Assembly: GCA_904063045.1 (NCBI GenBank)
Contig: CAJFCJ010000003.1
Span: 682,001 to 746,000, forward strand
From: Dimorphilus gyrociliatus
Taxonomy: Eukaryota; Animalia; Annelida
Direction: 5' to 3'
Length of the DNA stretch: 64,000 nt
Shown: piece by piece, positions 24,682 to 37,992 of the stretch
How positions within the stretch are numbered: position 1 is the stretch's first letter
Layout of the letters: each line of letters opens with the position of its first letter
Program-made: the position numbers and the translations under genes
Notes under the pieces: generated by a model
The model's database searches: none
Seen by the model: only the letters and a program-made list of their open reading frames with translations
Told to the model about the DNA's origin: nothing

Positions 24682-27600
24682 ATGAAAGTAGCATGCATCA
24701 TCTTTCTCCTTCTCGCCTTAGCTATTGTTACTCAAAGCCGGAGGCAACGACGGCACTATTGGTCCAAAAGCCGATGCCTGGAGAAGACTTTAGAAGAGAG
24801 AGAGGAGTATGCCGACGTTGTTCTCGCCGCCACTGTCCGAAGAGTCCGTCGGATTGAACGCCACCTCGTGGCCACTGTTGTAATTAAGGGCATCTTTAAG
24901 GGAAGTCATTACCTAAACAATGTTCATGATCGAAGAAAAAAGATTTACAAGACGGGAGAAGGAAGGTACATAAGGATAAAGGGGCTCGGCAATCCAAAGA
25001 TTTGCGACAACATGGTTTATCCACGCGATACTAGGATCTTTTTGTTGAAATATGAAAAGAATGGAGATTTATTTCTTAACTCAAGTTTGGTAAGAATAAC
25101 ATTAAATAACATGGAAAGAACCGACGCCGCTGTCTCAAGTGAGTATAAACTTCAATAAGCTTCTATTGGTCTTTCTATAATTACGTAATAGTTTCTTATC
25201 TGTCAAAACTCTATTGCTATATTCTTATCTGAACGTAAATATTAACATAGCAATAATTTTGCGGTTGTTGAGAAAAAGCGTCGGTGTTCGAAGGCCTTTA
25301 CTAAAGAGTCTTTTGTACGGATATTTTATACCTGCATTGAAATCGCCCTGTTTCGAACGACTTTATTCAATGGTCATAATTATAGGCCTATAGCCTATAA
25401 CCGTGTTAAGGGTCTAGAGATTATTTAAGGGAAACCTATAAGTGCAGGGCAAAAGTTTTCGATGATATGAAGAGGTCTGAAAAGATTTTATAAGTACGGG
25501 ATAGCAAGAAACCGGAAATCTATAGGACTATGATTTCTATAAAATACCCTTGTAAAAGAACTAATAACAATTTCTAACGAGTGGCATTTTATACACTGCA
25601 TCTTCTATGCTCTCATTCGAACGATTTATTACGTAATCCTATAAGTTTGCTGACTTGGCCGACGAATGATTTAAACAAGATTAGAGTTGTGATATGCTCT
25701 TCATTCTTGTAATCCATGATCTCTGCTGTATTGGTTTTAATTAAAATTGTGTAAAAAAACTCTGTAGGTTGAGCCGGTAGTCCAATATAGGCTAAAAACA
25801 TTTCCTCAGTACATTTTCAAATATCCTGGTAACCCCAATAACTAACTAATAGGCTTAAATATGTTTCGTAGAGAGAGAGAGAGAGAGAGGGAGGGAGAGC
25901 GAGATTGATCGAGGGAAGATAGTAATTTTGTTTTATTTTTCTAGTTAACTTTTTATCATTAACTAAATATTTAAATATATTTCTATTTAAATAAAGCACC
26001 TCGTTTAACTGTTACAGTTTCTTTTAATAAAGAGAACAAGTATATTTATATAGAATGTATTATATATATCTAATATACTGTATATATATTGTTTACAACC
26101 TTACAAATTTTATAAGCAATTTTCTTTCTCTTAACCCTTCTTTTTCATTTTTTTTCTTTACGCACACGTATACGCACACCCTCTCTCCCACCCTCTCTTC
26201 CTCCCTCCTTCCTCCCTCTCTCTCTCTCGCTCTTTCTTTCCCTATTCGAATTCTGTCATTTTCTGTTACGTATCTTTAAGCTATAAAATATTTCTTTCAT
26301 TTACTTTTTATTTTGTAAATATTTTCTTAATATTTTCCTTTTATAGATTCTTTGACACATAAAATCTCTGCTGACCTCTTTTAAATTTGTTCAGGGGTGC
26401 TAAAGTAGGCCTAAATATATAAGATTTTCATATTTCCAGTTACTTTTTTGGGTCATAAAATATTTAAACATAAAAAATTTCCAAAAAAAGAGCATAAAGA
26501 GATAGAGGGAGAAAGAAAGAAAGAAAGAAAAAAAAAGAGAGAGAAAGAAAGAAAATAAGGATATGAATGAATGAATGAATGGGACACAAGATGTTTATAC
26601 ATACATTCGTACACACGCACGCACACACGCATACGTACGTACACACAAAGTATATTTATACATATGTATAAAAAGTGGAGAGACAAAGTATGTTATCTCT
26701 TATTATAGTTGAGCTTCTTTATTGTCCTAAGATAAGATTATTCCAGTAAAGTGGGAGAAACATTCGACAGAAGATCTTGATAGAATTTCCTGTCTAGAGA
26801 AAAAAAAATTGCCAAGAGAACCACGACTGTGTGCTTCAAGCATCAAATTTTTCGATTCATTTATTTCCGCTCGTTGACTGGTTGCCCAGAAAGCTAAGCA
26901 AAGCCGTTTGCGAATTATAGGAGGGAGGGAAAGAGGGAGGGATAGAGGGAGGGGTAGAAAGAGAGAGAAAAAAAAGAAGAAGAAAAAAGATAAGCCCTTC
27001 TAAAAAGCAGCGGAATTTTAATAAAGTTTAAATTAGATGTCAGTTGCTTTGTATAATACTTCATTTTTATCTCTTTTGTCCATCTTAAACTGACTTTGTT
27101 TGAACGATACCGAAAAGGGAAGATCTTGAAGATTACCAAGTTAGCACCCTCATTTTCAAAGTCAATAAAGTCGGTTTGTGAAACGTGATCAGCTAACAAA
27201 ATCATTTTCTTTTGTTCACAATTGTACACAAACTAATGGGGGAGAGGAAGCAAAGCATATGTCATTAGTATATCAACATTTTCTGGTGCCTAGAAATCCA
27301 ACTTCACCCATCTTTTAACCTTTTTCATTTAATCCAGAAAAAAATTACAAAGATTGAGGCTAAAATCATTTATTATACGAATACGTTGAATGTGTTTAAT
27401 TAGTTCTTAATCATTTTCCGACAGTTCCGGCTTATATTTCTGTTTAAACACGTTAAAATCCTTAATTAATGCAAAAGTAATAACGATATACAATATTCTT
27501 TAAAAGACAATTAATCTTTAACTTTTTTATTTATTAAGGCTCGATACTCGATATGAATTTTTTTTTTAAAAAAATCTCTTTGAACCAATCAACATTCTTA

Positions 27601-30600
27601 AGATAAGGAAATTGACAGCACAGAAGTTGTTGGAAGATTAATGACGAATGGATGATTTTTCGTATTTTAGGAATATTGTAATTAGTGGGCGTTAATTACT
27701 CGATTATTCGACCCTAAAATCGATTCGTAGTTATTTATAACATATATTAAATTACTTTCTAATGAACTTGTTGAAGTTCGACCCGAAATAAGTAAATTCC
27801 TTAAAACGTATATAACTATATATATATATAGATATATTTCCAATTAGAAAACGTATATATATGGTTAGAAATAACCTCAAACAAGTCATTAACAAGCCGA
27901 AAAACGGCTGTTAAACAACGGGGTGGCAAATATTTGCTGTTTTTTCCACACATATGCGTACAAGCGTATACATGCAAAGTATGCACGTATAGATGTATAG
28001 AAGTATAATATTTATATGCATATATTATAATATCAGAGCGTATATATTGCCTATAGTAGATTATATCAATCTGTGTAGTTAACTTTCGATAATGCAGAGG
28101 CGTTATAAATCATGAAAAATGTGTTTATATTAAAAAAATAGAGGGTTTTAGTGTCTTTTTCCATTTCGGTTAGGCAAAGTTAAAATATTAAAGATTTAAT
28201 AATCGAGAGAATTTAGCAGATTTCAGGGTTACAAAAGGGTTTAGTTTATCAGAGAGTTGATTGTATATATAAACTAATATATATATTTTGACTATGATAG
28301 TCAAAATATGTATAGTATGCATAGAGTAAAATTTTATAGAAATTGTATACATTTGTGATTAATCGTCTTGTACAGCACGTATTTATTATTATATTCAGTT
28401 TGCAGAGTACAGTATCTGTAGGCTATATAATATCTTGCGTAAAGTATGTGTTTAAATAAGAGCATAATTTATAGTATTATATACAATACTTGGAGAATAT
28501 GAACGTTTCTTTGCCTTTGATCCTATCGTAGTGACGTCGTTTTTTTAGACGGTCCGCTAATCTATAACGAGTTTAGGCGTATATTTCTTCGCCCGATTTC
28601 ACGCCAGTCTAACTGGTTTGAATCGAATAATTTTTTCCTTTCCTTTCTTATACGTTCTTTTCTTTTTCCTTTTTTATCTTATATATTATAAAGTAGAGAC
28701 TTTTTCTCTCTTATTTTTGAATGTGCTAAACGGTCCTTTCTTCTTTTTATAAGGTTTTATTTTTCATGATATTTTTTGAGTTTTGACGTTAAGCCTATAT
28801 ACATTAACCCTGGCCATCTGAATAAACAAAGGGTTGAGTTTATGGCCTAGTTTCTTTTACCTGGGTCCACTAACAGGTTGTCGAGAAATACAGTTGTTGC
28901 CATCTGTAGGCCGATATATATATACAGAATAATAGGGAAACTCCACCACTCCATTTGGAAGGATCCAAATATCTAAATAATAAAAGTCAATAAAAAATGC
29001 TAAAGAAATAGCCGTTGTACAAATAAAGTTGACATACTAAACATAATAATAATAATAATAATAATTCATTTAGAAATTGAATCTCCTCCATTCTATTAAG
29101 ATAAAAATGCGTAAATTGATGATGCAAATTTTCCACGTTTGTAGGCCTAATTGGTCAAGTAGTAGAAAACGAAGTACATTTAACAAAATTGATGAAGTGA
29201 GAAGAATTTAATTTATTATATTTTACCTTTTCGCCCAAGTTTACTTTATTCGCTAATAAAATTTTGTTTGCAGTTCTCCTTAAATAGAGAACGAAACTAC
29301 TTTTTCAATTATATTTTTATCCTTTCCGACTTTATCTATACATCTCTCTGTCTCTCTTTCTCTCTCTCTCTCATAATGTTTTTCTATTCTTTTCTTTTCC
29401 ACTTAACTTATGTCTAAAACGATCCGGCGGGAGGATATAAGAAAAAGATGGCAAGAAGATCTGTTTAAGGCCTATGTAAACCTCATCCCAGATCTGTTAT
29501 CAGCTTATTCGATATATTTGATTCTCGCTCCTCCCCAAATGGGACACAAATATGAGTCAAAGAGTAAAAAGATCTTTTATAAAATCTTCAATATCTTCTA
29601 CAACCAATTAAAGTCTAAATGGTCTATTAATTATTGTGCAAAATACGCAAATTATGGGGTGTCGGAGAATTATTAGTCATATCTATAGAGTCTTTTAATA
29701 TAAGATTACTATGTCTTTTGTTGATTGTGTGTAATTCGTTTTGTGAATTGAATAATTCCACCGTTTAAAATCGTTTGAGCGAAAAATAAGGAAATAGAGA
29801 AAGAAAGTATCGAAAATATTGATAATAATAATAATAATAGTATTAGCAATATTTTATAGTCTATCTATACGATTTGTATATAGGCTTAAGAATAAGTTGG
29901 TTTGTACAAACTTTTATGTAAATAGACAAACCGGGAATAAATAGATTAGTTTCTAATCAACTATTGTCATCTAACACTTTCAAACAAACGATGACCAAAT
30001 TGATACTGTTTAATCAAGTTATTTAAAGATTTTCCTTAATTGTTCTCTACTTAATGGTAAAGCTAACAGGTTATTAGATTAATAAATATTGATAATAGAT
30101 GGCGCAGGAAAAGTAATTAATTAATTATATAAATTATATAAGGAAAAGAAGAAAAGTCAAAAGGAAACATCTTCAGCAAATACTACAGTTTGTTTGATGA
30201 AAACGTCAGAAATATGCAAATCAAATAGGATAATATCTTCCTTTCAACGCTCTTTTTACTATGAAATTATGCAAATGTAAACGCTATCGAATCTTCGATA
30301 AGCATCATCGTTTATGTAAATTCCTATCGAATACTGTATACAAACAGAATAAAAATTAGTTAGAAGAAGAAAGAAGAGCGTGGAAAATCTCTTGGACGAA
30401 TTGCCGATATTTGTCATCAATAACTGAATGATTGATTTCTCGTTTTTTGTTTGGACAAGAGAAATTTTCCAGCCATTCGTTTATTTAAGATCGGATTAAG
30501 ACTTAATCGTTAGAGTATTTGTCCGTTAATCCGCTTTAATTCGGTCGACGTGCTAGTTTTCTAAAAGGGTACGCCAAAGTAGATTGTTTTCATTCTGATT

Positions 30601-33600
30601 GAGCCGGCACATATCGGTTCTCGGATCGATTCAAGTGATTGGTAATAGATGGCGCTTACGTTTCCTTTTTTTTTCCTGATGTGACGTTTGGGACTCGAGG
30701 GTATTTTGCTGTTGAATAAATTCTTGTTTGAGTATGTATTTTGCATGAATAATTCGTACAAATGGGCTCCCATGAACTGTTCATGAACTTTCACATCAGT
30801 GACTTTCCTGTATATCTTATTCTCTCTTTTTCTCTCTTCCTCTCTCCTAGCTCTCTTACTCTTTTCCTATTACGCTATCTCCTCAGCGCAAACTTAAAGG
30901 ACAAGAAAACAGAAAGAGAGTTTAAACATCCGCTTCCCTTTTTCTATAAGACAGAATACAATATTTATGCTATAAAAAATAGATTTCTCCATGATTCCTG
31001 TCAAGATAACAACCAGTTTATCCCTTATCAGAAAGATAAATATAAGTTTTATTCAGTGGCGCATACCAATCGCTATACTAATTATAAAATACTTGCGAAT
31101 ATTAGAGATATTCAATAGAGCAGTTGAATATTTTTTGATAAAATCTATGGATTAAATAAGAATTTCGTATGATACTATGAAAGATTGCTATTTAGTCTAT
31201 TTATAAGGAGAATTCCATAAAGTATTATCTACTCAAAGAAGCCTAAGAAAATAACTAGAAATGGACTCAAACTAAACTGATAGATATCGTATAAATAAAC
31301 CTCTTATTCTTCTCTTTCCTCTGAGGAGTAATTCTCTTTGACCTCAGCAAGTTTTATAAATTACATATATTTTATATTCGACTTGGTTTTTTCTTTTATG
31401 ATAAATGATTGTTGTCTTTAACGTGTCCCATGATGTATGGATTTATCAATGCATCTCTCCACGGAGCTCTCATCTCTATATCCCAAAAAAAAAGAAACGA
31501 AATAAATTACTTTTTTTTTCCATTCTATTTCAACAAGAAAGCCGTCTCTTTTCGACGCCTTTTTTTATGATTTCTTTTTAAATATTATGATTTTCATTTT
31601 GTTTATTCGTTGCATCGATTAGCATTATATATCTATATATATTTATGTATTAGCTTATTGAGAAAGTCCGCAAATAAATAGATATAGTAAAGTGAAAATA
31701 TACGAAAAGGGTATTCATAAAATTGTATTCCAACACCAAATAGCAAGTATTTATTCTGTAAACTTTTACACTGGACGAATATTTCTCATAACTATAAAAA
31801 GAAAAGGTTAAAGGAAAATAAAGATTTTAATTTATATTCAAGTAGATCGTCTCTCTTCTTCTTCTTGTTCTTTCTATATACTGTATATATATATACATAT
31901 ATGTATATACGTCTTCTATTGAATGCTTCAAGAATATTGTAAATGGAAGAGACGCCCCCTTTCTTTCTTACTAGCAACGCCATCTAGCTGTCCAAGAGAA
32001 AAAGTTTTTAATATATGGAATTTGTTTATATTTATTACAATAATGAAGAAGGGAATATTTAAATAGTGTGACAGAATGACGAATGCTTAAGGAAATATGT
32101 AATTATTCCGGATCGTTTTAATTGTTTCGAAACAGATCTGGACGGACGATCGAAAAAGATGAATGACGTCGTTAAAATTTTGACAATAGGTGTATTGTTA
32201 AGGGTTAGAAATGTGACCTTTTTAGATTTAGATAGTTTTGTTATATTGAATGCCGGAAGTATCCGTTTTTACAGTATAGAGTCGTTTGTCGGCGACTTTT
32301 GTAGAGATGGAAAGATAAGGATGAAAAAAGATAAACAACATATACTGTATTGAGAAAAGGTAACCTCTATACAAAGCTTTTGTCAATGGAAGTATCGTTA
32401 GTAATTATTGTTGAAAGATCAATTTAATTTTGCCCTTTTTTCCCTTTTTATATAATAAAAAATAAGGGTCAATTTATTTTTAGTTCAAGAATAAGGTATA
32501 AGAGAATAAAGATAAGAGATTACATAGACTACGAATAATACGTAGTCTATTAAAAGAAAAAAACTACAAAGGAGTATTCTTTATATAGTTAATTTTCGAA
32601 AACTGTAAAGAAGAAAAGGAGTAGCATGAACGAAGAGAGAGCAATTGGTTACATTCTTTTATACAAAGATACGTATCTGCTCTTTCCGTCCATATGTATA
32701 TATATATATATATATATTTACAGCATATTCTTCCTTATTCGTCTCTCTCTCTCTCTCTCTCTCTCTCGCTCTCTCTCTCTCTTATAAAATGATATAAAAC
32801 ACCTTCGTAGAAGTAATTCATGCTCATTAAGTCTTACCGTTTTCTATAATGAAATGATTTTATTCTAATTTAATGTTTAATCAATTATTTACGTAATAAT
32901 TAAACAAACTGAATGTTTTTAAACAACTTGACATTTTTTATTAAGGATTTCAATCAATAAAAAATACGAAAAACCATTGAATAAGAAGAAATAAGTGAAT
33001 AAAAAACGAAAGAAACAAGGCGTTACTCGTCAGACATTGACACATTTTTCTGATTAGGCAATCCGTATAAATTATGTAAATTAAATTGGATAGAAAAATC
33101 GCTTTTTTCCCCAGTCATTCGAAAAACAGCAATGCCTAAAATACATTCTCAATTACTAAATTCTAGTGTAAAGACTGATAGAAAATTAGTTTTTACATTA
33201 TTACTAACATTATTATGGTTAAGCGTTGCAGTTGGAATGTTATTATTTGCTACTCATTTTGCAGATACCGTTTATAAGCCGCGAAAGAGAATAGATATTT
33301 TCTCAAATGGTTTGTATATTTCCTGTCTTTCTCTTCTATCTCTTTTGAAACAAGAAGAGAATATTTTAATCTATTTTGTTGAATATATTTCATTATAACT
33401 TTTTGTGTTATCTCTTTATAGATCCATGTAGAGTCATAACCTGTCCGTATGGTAAAGAGTGTAGAAATATTAAAGGAAAGGACTACGTTTGCGAATGTCC
33501 CGTTTGCCCGTAAGTAAACATATTTTTATGCTACAATGGCTGAATCGACTAATTCTTTACCAACAAATAAACTTTGCAATAAGAGTACTACGCTACTGTA

Positions 33601-36600
33601 AAGTCCTTAAAATGAGACAAGTTGCAGTACTTTTGAATTATTCATAGATTATCCTATGAATACTTGTTCATCTAATAGTATCAAGAGCTTTTTGTTTGTT
33701 TATTTCATAATTGTAGAACGAAAAATTACTAGGAGAGAATGGAATATGAAATATTTTGTATTTCTTAAGTATTTCACATACAGATTGTACAAAGCTGGTT
33801 AATCTTGCTTAAGGGAAGTTAGACTTACACGGTAGACTCATTTTATTAATTGGTTCTCAATTAGCACTAATACGTATTCTGCTCCTTTCAAAATTACGCG
33901 TGTATACACTGGTCAACAAAAGAAATTTGTCCAGAAATATAGGCCTAGATTTATAGCTTATTAATTCATATCTTACTATTTCAGTATAATATTAAGAAAG
34001 CACTTGGTTTCTCTTATGAACAAGAGTAAAAAAATTTTGACGTGTAAGATCAACATCCCAGCATCTCTACCAAGGATCAAATAGCTATATTTATAAATGT
34101 CATGAATATATTACTTATTTTAAATGTCTGTAGTTTTCATAGATATACTTATCTTAGATCACAGATTTACACAGTCTAATAATCTAGTAAAATGGAATCT
34201 TTTATCTAAAAATGTTAGCTATAAACTGAGATTGTTAAAAGTACATCTCTTTCTTACTATAATCCATTTAAAATCACAAACCTATATCTAATCTTACCAA
34301 TATCAATTGAAATAATTAACATTAATTAATTGTAAAGTTTAAAACTAAATACTACTGCAATTGAAACAGCAAAGTGTTTTATCTAACAATATTTTTAATT
34401 AAATGGTTACAATCAATTCTTATTCTTTTTCTTAATAAATCTATTACAAAACTCCCTCTATCAACAACATCTAATATGGTAATTTAATAAAAGTTTTTAA
34501 CTTGTTTTTATAACAGATCTTCTTGGGGAAATAGAAAAGTTTGCGGAAGTAATGGGGTAACTTATTCTTCGCTATGCGAACTAAAGAGACATTCCTGCCG
34601 AGACAGTGTTCTTATAACTATTAGACATCACGGAAATTGTACGGAAGGTGAGTTAAGTTTCAATATTTCGAAAAAAATAGTTAGCATTAAAAACAACAGA
34701 TGGCCATACTATAGTTTCTCCTCTACAAAATAGAACATGTATGTATATACTACATATATATATATATATATATATATAGATAGATAGATAGATAGATAGA
34801 AAGATAGATATTTTATAAGGATTTGGGTATACCAAACAAATTAATTGGTGGCATTTTGGTTTAAATAGCCAATTAAAGAGTTGAGCTCTTTGGCCAGTTT
34901 GTTTTTTATTGAATATGAAGAATATAAACAAAGAGAGCAAATGAAATTGGAGAGAAAGAATAAATAGGAATATATGTAAGAAAAAGAAAGTAGAAATATT
35001 TATCTAAATCACGAGATAGTCACTTTAGCCAAAAGTAAAAAGCTTCTAACGCTAGAGGCTAATGAATTTCATGCAAAGAAAAGCAATGAGTACCAAATAA
35101 AACTTATGATATGTACTACTATCGTATACATGATAATGACGACGATATATATGGCAACTGATAGAAACCTAATTAATTTTCATTGAATATATTTACATAT
35201 ATATATAATGTTTTAAACATGCGAATATGAGAAACCGGCATTAAAGGAATGATATAGAAATTCAGAAACATTACCCTAAAATTAAATCAATATTGTTAAA
35301 CTTTTCATTTAACAATTACAATTTATCGTTTATGAATCCCTTAGGAATTTCTTAATCTGGAATACAAGTCAATAAAATAGAATATTTCGCTTGTTTTTTC
35401 CCTATTTCGTATCAATAATTAAATATTTGAATTAGCAATAAAGTACATACCAGTTTGTTATTAACTATTTAAATAGGTTAAAAAGCATAAAATGATAAAT
35501 GTATATACTGTACTATATACAAATATATATATATATATATAGTTATATATCTGTCTCATTCACTTTCTCTCTTTATCCGTCTTTCATTTATCTTTGTTTT
35601 TTTTAGAAAGATATGATTGTTTTGAGCTTGTAATTATTATTCTTAGAATTTCCATTCTATATCACGCCATTGAGTTTTAGGGAAGAAGAGAGGAGGAGTC
35701 GGTAACCTTTAGAAAAAAAAGAAATTAGGAAACATTTGCGTATCTGTTGCAAATTTTATTGAGTATTTTTCGAGTGTTGATAATGAAGAGGAAGAAAAGG
35801 GGGAGTTTGAAGAAGAATTGCTTTTTCCTTTGACCTACTCAAAGGAGACGGTCAATGAATGAGATTGATAAAAAAAGATGTATAAATCTCTGTTTCTGCT
35901 TTTCCTTTTTATTCCATCTTCTCCTAGAAAACGCATTTCTTTTTTCAATCATCAATTTCCTATATCGATCAATATTTGAAGAGAAACAAAAGAAAAATTT
36001 AATTAAGATTTAGGCTATGAAGCGTCTATTTAAGATTTTAAGGCACAATCTTATCCTATTCGATGAAAATCTAGTGTTGGATTATTTGTGTGAAAAAGAA
36101 GCCAACTTTCTTTAGGCGTCACTTATCGATTTCGGAGTGAGGCGTCTATTTCGGCAGGCGTCTCTCTACATAATTCAAACGACGTCTCCGTCTTTGTTAA
36201 TCAACTTAATGGCATCGGGTTTTTTTCACGTACATTTTTCGCTAAGGTGATTATCGGTCTAAAAGCTTCTTAGTGACCCTTGGGAAGATTATCTCATATT
36301 TTTTTAATATCTACATCAAAAAAATATTGTCACTAGATGGCGCAGTTATAGTAGACGTCTTTTTCAGTTTGGCGTGTGCCTTAGACATGTTAACCGTCCA
36401 GTCCGTCCTAATCTTGTTGATATCCATAAAGATTGTAAACAATTGCTATATGTATCCTCCAGACGTTAGAGATCCATGCAAAGGTGTCGTGTGTCCTCAC
36501 GGAGCTTATTGCGAGCCATCGTTAGACGGTATCAGTTCCAGATGTGTGTGCAGGAAAGAATGTTATTCTTTTGGCAATCATGTGGATTCATATGCCGTTT

Positions 36601-37958
36601 GTGGAAGTGACGGTAAAACATATAGCGATCTCTGTCATCTAGAGAAATATGCCTGCGATAATGTTCTCAATATTACGGTTAAATATAAAGGAGAATGCGG
36701 TAAGTGGATTTCTTAGTTCCATTTCGAACCTGAGGGAGAAAGGCAAAGTAGACGGGAAGAGGGGTATGTGAGAGAGCGGCAGAGAGCGAGAGGTGGAGAG
36801 AGGTAGAGTGGAATCGGGATCGTAGAAGAAAGTCGGCCACTGTCGATACCATAAACCACTTAATTTTTACTTACTTTTTCGCTTCCTCTTCAAATATTTA
36901 AATAAAACAGTAAAATTCTATCCATTAATTAAGAGAGTACCATTTTCTATCGTTCTCTTCGAATTACATCTAAGAAGAAGAAGAAGAAGAAGAGAAAAAA
37001 TGGAATGAATTAATTCTATATTAACTAGCTCCTTATTAATTTCTCCCTATTATATTAATACTACTAATAGTAGTAGTACTAACAATTACAGAAGCGGATT
37101 TCTTTATTATATAAACAATTAACTTCATATATCGGATATAAAGGCAATAAGGATATTAATTATTAAGACTTTCTTATAAAATCTTAATAAAAATGAAGGA
37201 AAGAGTTAATCATAAGATAGTGGAAATATAAAAAAGTCTATAGTCTTATTCTCTGTCATTTAATTTCTATTATGAAGACTTTCTCGGGAAAAATTCCGCT
37301 TTATAGGCTACCACTAAAAATCCTTTTTCTTTCCTTTATAGACAAGACGTCTTAGGCTCTCAAGCGTCCAATTTTGAACGTCTGAGTTGTTATTAGGTCT
37401 ATTTTACGATAATAATGTTCTCAATTGGGCATTGATAACATATAAAAACTAGAGTCTGACAAATCAGTAATTTTCTATAGGAGTTTTCTCTGTTGCGACG
37501 TTCCACTACATTCTATAAATAGAGTCCAAATACTGTATTTATATGCGAATCTAATTGACTACATACCCATATTATTACTTTCAAATGGCAGACATTTCGG
37601 TTTACAAGAAATTATTTAGTGAAAAAAAAAACGCCTATTTTGTTTTTTGACTATTTCAACAATTCTGTACTTAGGACTATATATGGGCACATGGTAGTAA
37701 AAGAAAGTGGGAAGTGGTGAAATGGGGTCATACAATGATGGAATGTTTGTCGTAAAACTATGTTTGTTAAGTGCATACGTCATAGGATAAATCTAATAAA
37801 ATTGATATTGTATTTCTACTGGTTAAGACCAAGAGGGGAAGAGAAAAGAATGATAAACATAGGCTTATTTTTTTCTTATTATTAAAGTTAGAAAAAATGA
37901 TAAGAGTCATATGATTTGGAAAATAAGTGAATGAAATAGGCAAGAATTTGTGTGTGTG

Positions 37959-37992
<34 letters not shown>

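Noticed and set aside
26915-31118. Intronic ORFs in agrin intron 1 (26915-, 29410+, 30561-, 30762+) as nested genes or further first exons
   Set aside because: No domain, no convincing signal or TM segment with a phase-1 donor, and low complexity. This is unlike the 33132 exon.
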